From Elsinoe ampelina (lineage: Eukaryota), in contig ML992501.1 in assembly GCA_010093995.1 (NCBI GenBank), positions 1,080,632 through 1,144,631 on the forward strand: 64,000 nucleotides of DNA. The letters run 5' to 3'. Made by a program: the position numbers and the translations under genes. The first letter of the stretch is position 1, and each line of letters opens with the position of its first letter. This document shows positions 59,220 through 64,000 of the stretch, piece after piece. Below the pieces are notes generated by a model, which searched no databases, was not told the DNA's origin, and worked only from the letters and a program-made list of their open reading frames with translations.

Positions 59220-60858
59220 TTACTCCATCTTGTTTTCGTCCTTTGGCTTCTCGTCCTTCTTCTCCTTCTTCTCCTTCGCCGCGCTCTCACCATACCTCTT
59301 CCGCTTCTCACTCCAATACCGCCATCCCCTACTCACTCCCGCCGTCGCCAAGCCCTTGATGCTCTGACTCGTGCTCGGCCACGCTATCGTATTCCGCACG
59401 CACGTCTCCACTTTCTGAGCAATGTCCGACTCCATGGCGATTCTGCGCTCAAAGTCGCCTGCTTCCCGCTTGCCGATGAAGCTCTGCGCGTCTTCGTCTT
59501 TGCTTTCGTCGATGATCTTGTCGAATGCGCTTCCCGGGATGGCGAACTTCTTGCGGTATTGGTAGTAGAGCTTTTGCCGGAAGAGACGGGGAAGACGGCG
59601 GACCATGTTCCCGCGACGTTGTGCGGACATGTCTTGTTGCATTTTGAAGCCGTCTGGGCCGCCGATGATCTCGGCGGGGTTGCGCGTGTCGGCGCTGCGG
59701 GCCATGACGTCTTCGCGCTCCCAGCCTGCCTCGAGAGGGATGCGAGAGTCGTTGAAGGCGACGTTGGGGAGGGTGTCGATCAGGGGAACGTAGAGCTGGC
59801 GGAAGTTGGGGAGCTGGTTGCGGACGATGTTGCGGACTTTGCTGGTGTTTTCGCTACCGAAGGACATGCGAGGATCGCCGAGATAGGAGATGGATGTGAT
59901 GGTCTCGTAGAGCTGGCGCTCGGTGAACTCTTCCGGAAGCATGAGCAGAGCTGTCCGTACCGCGGACATGAGGTTGATTTGGTTCGCGAGGCGGACCCGG
60001 GGATCGTCGCGGAGGATCTTGACAGGCTTCTGCAGGCGACCGGCAATGTACAGCGTGTCCCATTCGGAGAGGTCGCGACAGATTGTGTCGAGATTAACAA
60101 CACCATACTTAATCATAGTCCCGTTGACTGTGATGTAAGGGTTGAAGTAGACGCCAGCGCCCCAGCTGTCTTGGATCTTCGACACGGTGTAAGAACCTAG
60201 ATACTTCAATGCAGAGTAGTGCTCGGGGTATTGTTGAAGGTTGATCGACTGCCAGTGATGGGTATATGAAACACCAAATATGAAGTCGATAATCTTAGCA
60301 CCGTTCTCCTGCCATTTCTTGATCGCTTCGGGAGGATGCGGGTGTGGTGACAGCGCATCTGGGCTGGCCGGTTTGTTGGATTGGGAAAAGACACCGCTGC
60401 CATATGCAAAGGCATAACGGATTGGCGCCTTGAACTCCCATAGTATCTGCCTCAGAGCCTCCTTGAAATCCTCATTGACTCGGATGTGTTGATTTGTACC
60501 AAAGTACTTGTGCGGCAGTTCGGAGAAGGTCTTGATGCTCAAATCTGGATTGTCCTCCCATCCCTCTGGCATTGACTGATTGGAGATGTCGCTCGAAGTA
60601 GGAGAAGGTGTCGGCTCTGTCTTGACCGGCTTCTCGAAGGATGGGGTGAAATGTTTGGTGTCATCCTTCTTCTCGGTAGCATATGTCTGCGTTTGCAAGC
60701 GGAAGCATTGTGGCCGGTGCTGCCATGTAAGCTGACCAAGGATGAAGCTGTGGCCAGCTACGAGAGGCTTGAAGCCGCGGGTCGTCTATTCACAAGTCAA
60801 TGCCAGCCATGTAGCGGCTTGTGGAAGAAGAATGTACCGAAAGTCTTCGCAAAGACAT
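59220..60858 (-). CDS. TAM41: Mitochondrial phosphatidate cytidylyltransferase Tam41 (Mmp37); intron 60786-60837
   Basis: IRYAFAYGSGVFSQ, IIDFIFGV, GAGVYFNPY, LYIAGRLQKPV, ISYLGDPRM. Exon 1 MSLRRLS splices to TTRGFKPL, giving a presequence-like N-terminus. Confidence 0.95.
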
Positions 60859-61191
60859 CCCACTTTCGCCGGGAGATGTTTTGGCCCACGCAGCGGGATT
60901 GAAAATGATGAGCTGCGTTCAAGCAACAGACCCATCGTCGGAAGCGACCATATATCTCATATCAGGAACATAGGGACTAAAGAGTGACAAGAATTGACGA
61001 TCCAAAGATGCAGCGGAGGGCACCTTCAAGGTCTCGATGGTCGTAGAAAGTCGGCAATCGGAGACGTCACAAATCGCCGAGGTTTGTCCGAGCGCGAGAG
61101 ATTGGCGTGTTTTGTTTGTGCTTGTCGCGTTTCCACTCCGCAAAGCTCGACATCACTTCGTTATTCAACCACATTGGACACCACAGCAGCC

Positions 61192-63559
61192 ATGGCTGAT
61201 CCCACGACAGACATGCGCATGTACGAGAACAGACTTGCGACGTTCTCCGAGCATGATCATCCAGCAAAGAAGATTCAGACGTCGCAAGGAAGGGGTGTCG
61301 CAAAGAGCTGGCCTCACGAAACTCCAACAGCGAAAGATGTTTGTTTATTGTAGCTGCATGCTAGACTACTAGCTGACGTCGCGCAGCTAGCTTTTGCTGG
61401 TTTCTATTTCGCTCCGACATCTAACAGTGAGGACAACGTCAAATGCTTTCACTGTGAAGTCAAGCTGGACGGCTGGGAGATCGACGACAGCCCCCTCAAG
61501 GAGCACATAGCACACTCGGCAGAATGTGCATGGGCTATTACTACGTCGGTCGCACTTGACAACGAAGATCGTGACCCAATGTCAGAGAAGCTGCTTACCG
61601 CAAGACTCGAGACTTTCGGTAGCTCGTGGCCGTACGAGAAGAAGCGAGGATGGAAGCCTAAGTCGAAGAAACTGGCTGAAGCAGGATGGAGCATGGATCC
61701 TTCATTACGTGCAGAGGACGGAACTACATGTTTCTATTGCCAAATCTCGCTCGACGGATGGGAGGCGAAGGATGATCCAATGTAAGTCCCGCGACGCGCA
61801 AAAGTGTCTAGACGTTGACGTTCGCAGTGAGGAGCACCGAAAGCGACAGGATAATTGTCTCTTCTTCGATCTTCTCGACCGCTATGCATCCACCCGACCC
61901 AAGAAAGGTCGCTCTAGAAATTCGACTGCCTCAAAAGCATCCCGCCTGTCCACCCAATCCATTCAATCTACCTTCTCGGAAGCGCCATCATTTATGTCCC
62001 TCGGGGACGCCGCGCCAAGTCTGGAGCTTGAGAGCAGCATTGGGACAATCACGAGCATGACGTCCACAGCCAAAGGCAAGAAGAAAGCCCCAAGTGCGAA
62101 AAAGGGTGGTCGAACAAAGAAGAAGGCGGCAGATGAGTCTGACATGACAGGGATGGAAACGGCCATGACCACCCTGGAAGAGACACTGGCGCCGTCACAG
62201 AGTCTATTACAAGGAACACAGGAAGACACGCAAGCCGAGGTGAAGAAGGAACCAGCAAAGAAGGCGACTCGTGGAAAGGGCAAAGGTAAGAAAGCCGCAG
62301 ACAAGGTCGCAGATGAGACGGAGGATCAGAGTCAATTGCAGTCGGAGCTGATGGCAGCGGCGACAGAACCAGAGCCGAAGAAGCCGACCACAAGAGGAAA
62401 GCGTGGCAAGAAGCGGACCAGCGATGGGGAGGAGAAGCCCCAAGAAACACAAGAGGCGGTCACAGAGCCGCCAACAGAACAGGTGATGGAACCAGTCCAG
62501 GAAGTACCGGTCAAAGCGAAGAAGGGCAAGCCAACACGGGGTAAGAAGGCAAAAGCTGCTCAAGAGGAACAAATTACAGAGGCACCGCCGACCAAAGAAG
62601 TACAGCCTATGGACATTGACGAGCAAGTGCTCGAAGTCAAGGAAGAGGCAGCGAAGCCGAAACGTGGAGGAAGGAAGCCCAAAGCCACCAAGCAGGCAAA
62701 GCAAGCGACACCGGAGCCAGAACCACATGTCGAACCTGAACCCGAGCCGGAGATACAGGTCGACGACCCTATGGAAGATGAGTCTGGAAATTATGTCGTC
62801 CATCCTGCGGAAGAAGAGTCCGAGTCCAACTACGTGGTCCATGCTGGAGAAGAAGAGTCAGACGCGAACTACGTGGTCCACGACGAGTCTTCTGCGAACT
62901 TTGTCGTTCACGATCAAACACCAGAACCAGCCGAGTTCGAGCCAACACCGACACCACAGAAAGCCCCTGCAGCAAGGAAGCCGTCTCCTGAACAGCCAAC
63001 ATCAACGCACTCTTCGCCACACAGCGTCCGCAGCCAGCAGTCCTCAGACGCGGAGAACCATCCGCCTTCGTCCAGTGCTCGCACGTCAAAGCGTGTATCC
63101 GGAGCCATCAATGCCAAAGCACTGCCTCCTGCGCCTTCCCCGCCACCCCATGCCGCCGCACCAGTCTCGATCCATGCACCTCTGCTATCACCAGTCAAGA
63201 CGTCTCGCGTCCCTCTTGCAGCACAAACGCCAAACCGCTCACCATCGAAGCACTCGCCCACCAAGCTTGGCTATCTGAAAGCTCGGACCCCATGGTCGGC
63301 CATCGATATCGAGACCATCTTCCCTGCGGATGGGCAAGAGAACGAGGGCACCGGCGTGGCTAAGAAGCTCGCCGAGCTTGGAGGCCAGCTGACAAGTCCG
63401 GAGAAGAAGATGACAGTGGAGGAGTGGATCCGCTTCCAAGCGGCAAAGGGAGAAGAGAGACTCAAGGACGAGTGCGAACGACTCGTCTGGTTGTTCGAGC
63501 AAGAAGGGACAAGAGCTATGGGTGTCTTGGAAGGAGTTGAGATTAGGGGAGAGACCTAG
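61192..63559 (+). CDS. BIR1: Bir1/survivin, chromosomal passenger protein with two BIR domains; introns 61339-61386 and 61782-61827
   Basis: RLATF..WPH..LAFAGFYF..DNVKCFHCEVKLDGWE..EH..C; second BIR RLETF..WPY..CFYCQISLDGWEAKDDP|IEEH..C; C-terminal EKKMTVEEWI helix. Confidence 0.94.
62780..62917 (+). repeat. Four degenerate coding tandem repeats (ES.xNYVVH) inside BIR1
   Basis: ESGNYVVHPAEE-ESESNYVVHAGEE-ESDANYVVHD-ESSANFVVHD; the DNA AACTACGTGGTCCA is repeated exactly twice. Confidence 0.85.
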
Positions 63560-63704
63560 GAGGAGACTTTCCTGGCATGATGACCCGGGATGAATGATGG
63601 ACTGAAAGGTTATGGGCGGATGGAACATTGTTCGACATTGGATACTGCCTGACAAACATCCTGTACCCAGCTCAGGAGAAGCGTACACAGCGCTGCGAAT
63701 GCAT

Positions 63705-64000
63705 TCATCTCCCATTCCCAACCCCACACCCACTCCACCCCACAAACCCTTCCTGAGGTTTCACCCCCCTCACCGCCCTCCCACTCCCCTGATCCCCCAA
63801 CACCAGCCCCGTCCCCTCTTCAAACGTCCCCCACCCCTCCCCCCTCAACCCCTCCGGATCCCTCGCAAACTCCACCCACAAATCCTGCATCCTCCCACTC
63901 GTCTCCAGCTCAAACCTAGTCGACTTCCCCAGATTCTCCATCGTGCCGAACAACAACGGCAGCTCCGAGCTATGATACGCCCCCTGCCCTTGCGGGGAGA
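63705..64000 (-). CDS. Type-B carboxylesterase, C-terminal part (gene enters from the right edge)
   Basis: GAYHSSELPLLFGT (catalytic His motif) followed by MQDLWVEFARDP..GW. Confidence 0.8.
   Translation of the reverse strand, partial: SPQGQGAYHSSELPLLFGTMENLGKSTRFELETSGRMQDLWVEFARDPEGLRGEGWGTFEEGTGLVLGDQGSGRAVRGVKPQEGFVGWSGCGVGNGR

Noticed and set aside
59034..60200. 388-aa plus-strand ORF as a real gene
   Set aside because: Mirror frame of TAM41; no domain evidence.

Overview
Gene-dense eukaryotic DNA from a filamentous ascomycete (Pezizomycotina-like: ~45-60 nt GT-AG introns with CTRAY branch points). It holds about 25 protein-coding genes, two of them cut by the window edges. Conserved housekeeping blocks flank the window: RAT1/XRN2, USO1, ILS1, a peroxiredoxin-like gene, RAV1, SFI1 and NDUFAF8-like on the left; a HECT E3, RPL15, a Cdc26-motif protein, a PDK1/Pkh kinase, TAM41, BIR1 and a carboxylesterase on the right. 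Between them is a ~23.6-46.2 kb accessory-looking block. It contains a divergent purine permease/xanA pair, a spliced PNP_UDP-NACHT-ankyrin NLR (~2147 aa), a divergent SDR/P450 pair (the P450 has a late TAG), a divergent aspartic protease/sedolisin pair, an F-box remnant, an unannotated protein with an ADP-ribosyltransferase (DUF3990-like) motif series, and a sugar porter. The most striking unexplained signal is a recurring ~0.6-1.4 kb switch from C-rich through GC/CpG-rich to G-rich sequence at 7-8 sites, strong enough to reshape protein sequence. I could not support any tRNA, rRNA, CRISPR array or intact transposon. All calls come from motif recognition by eye; no searches were run.
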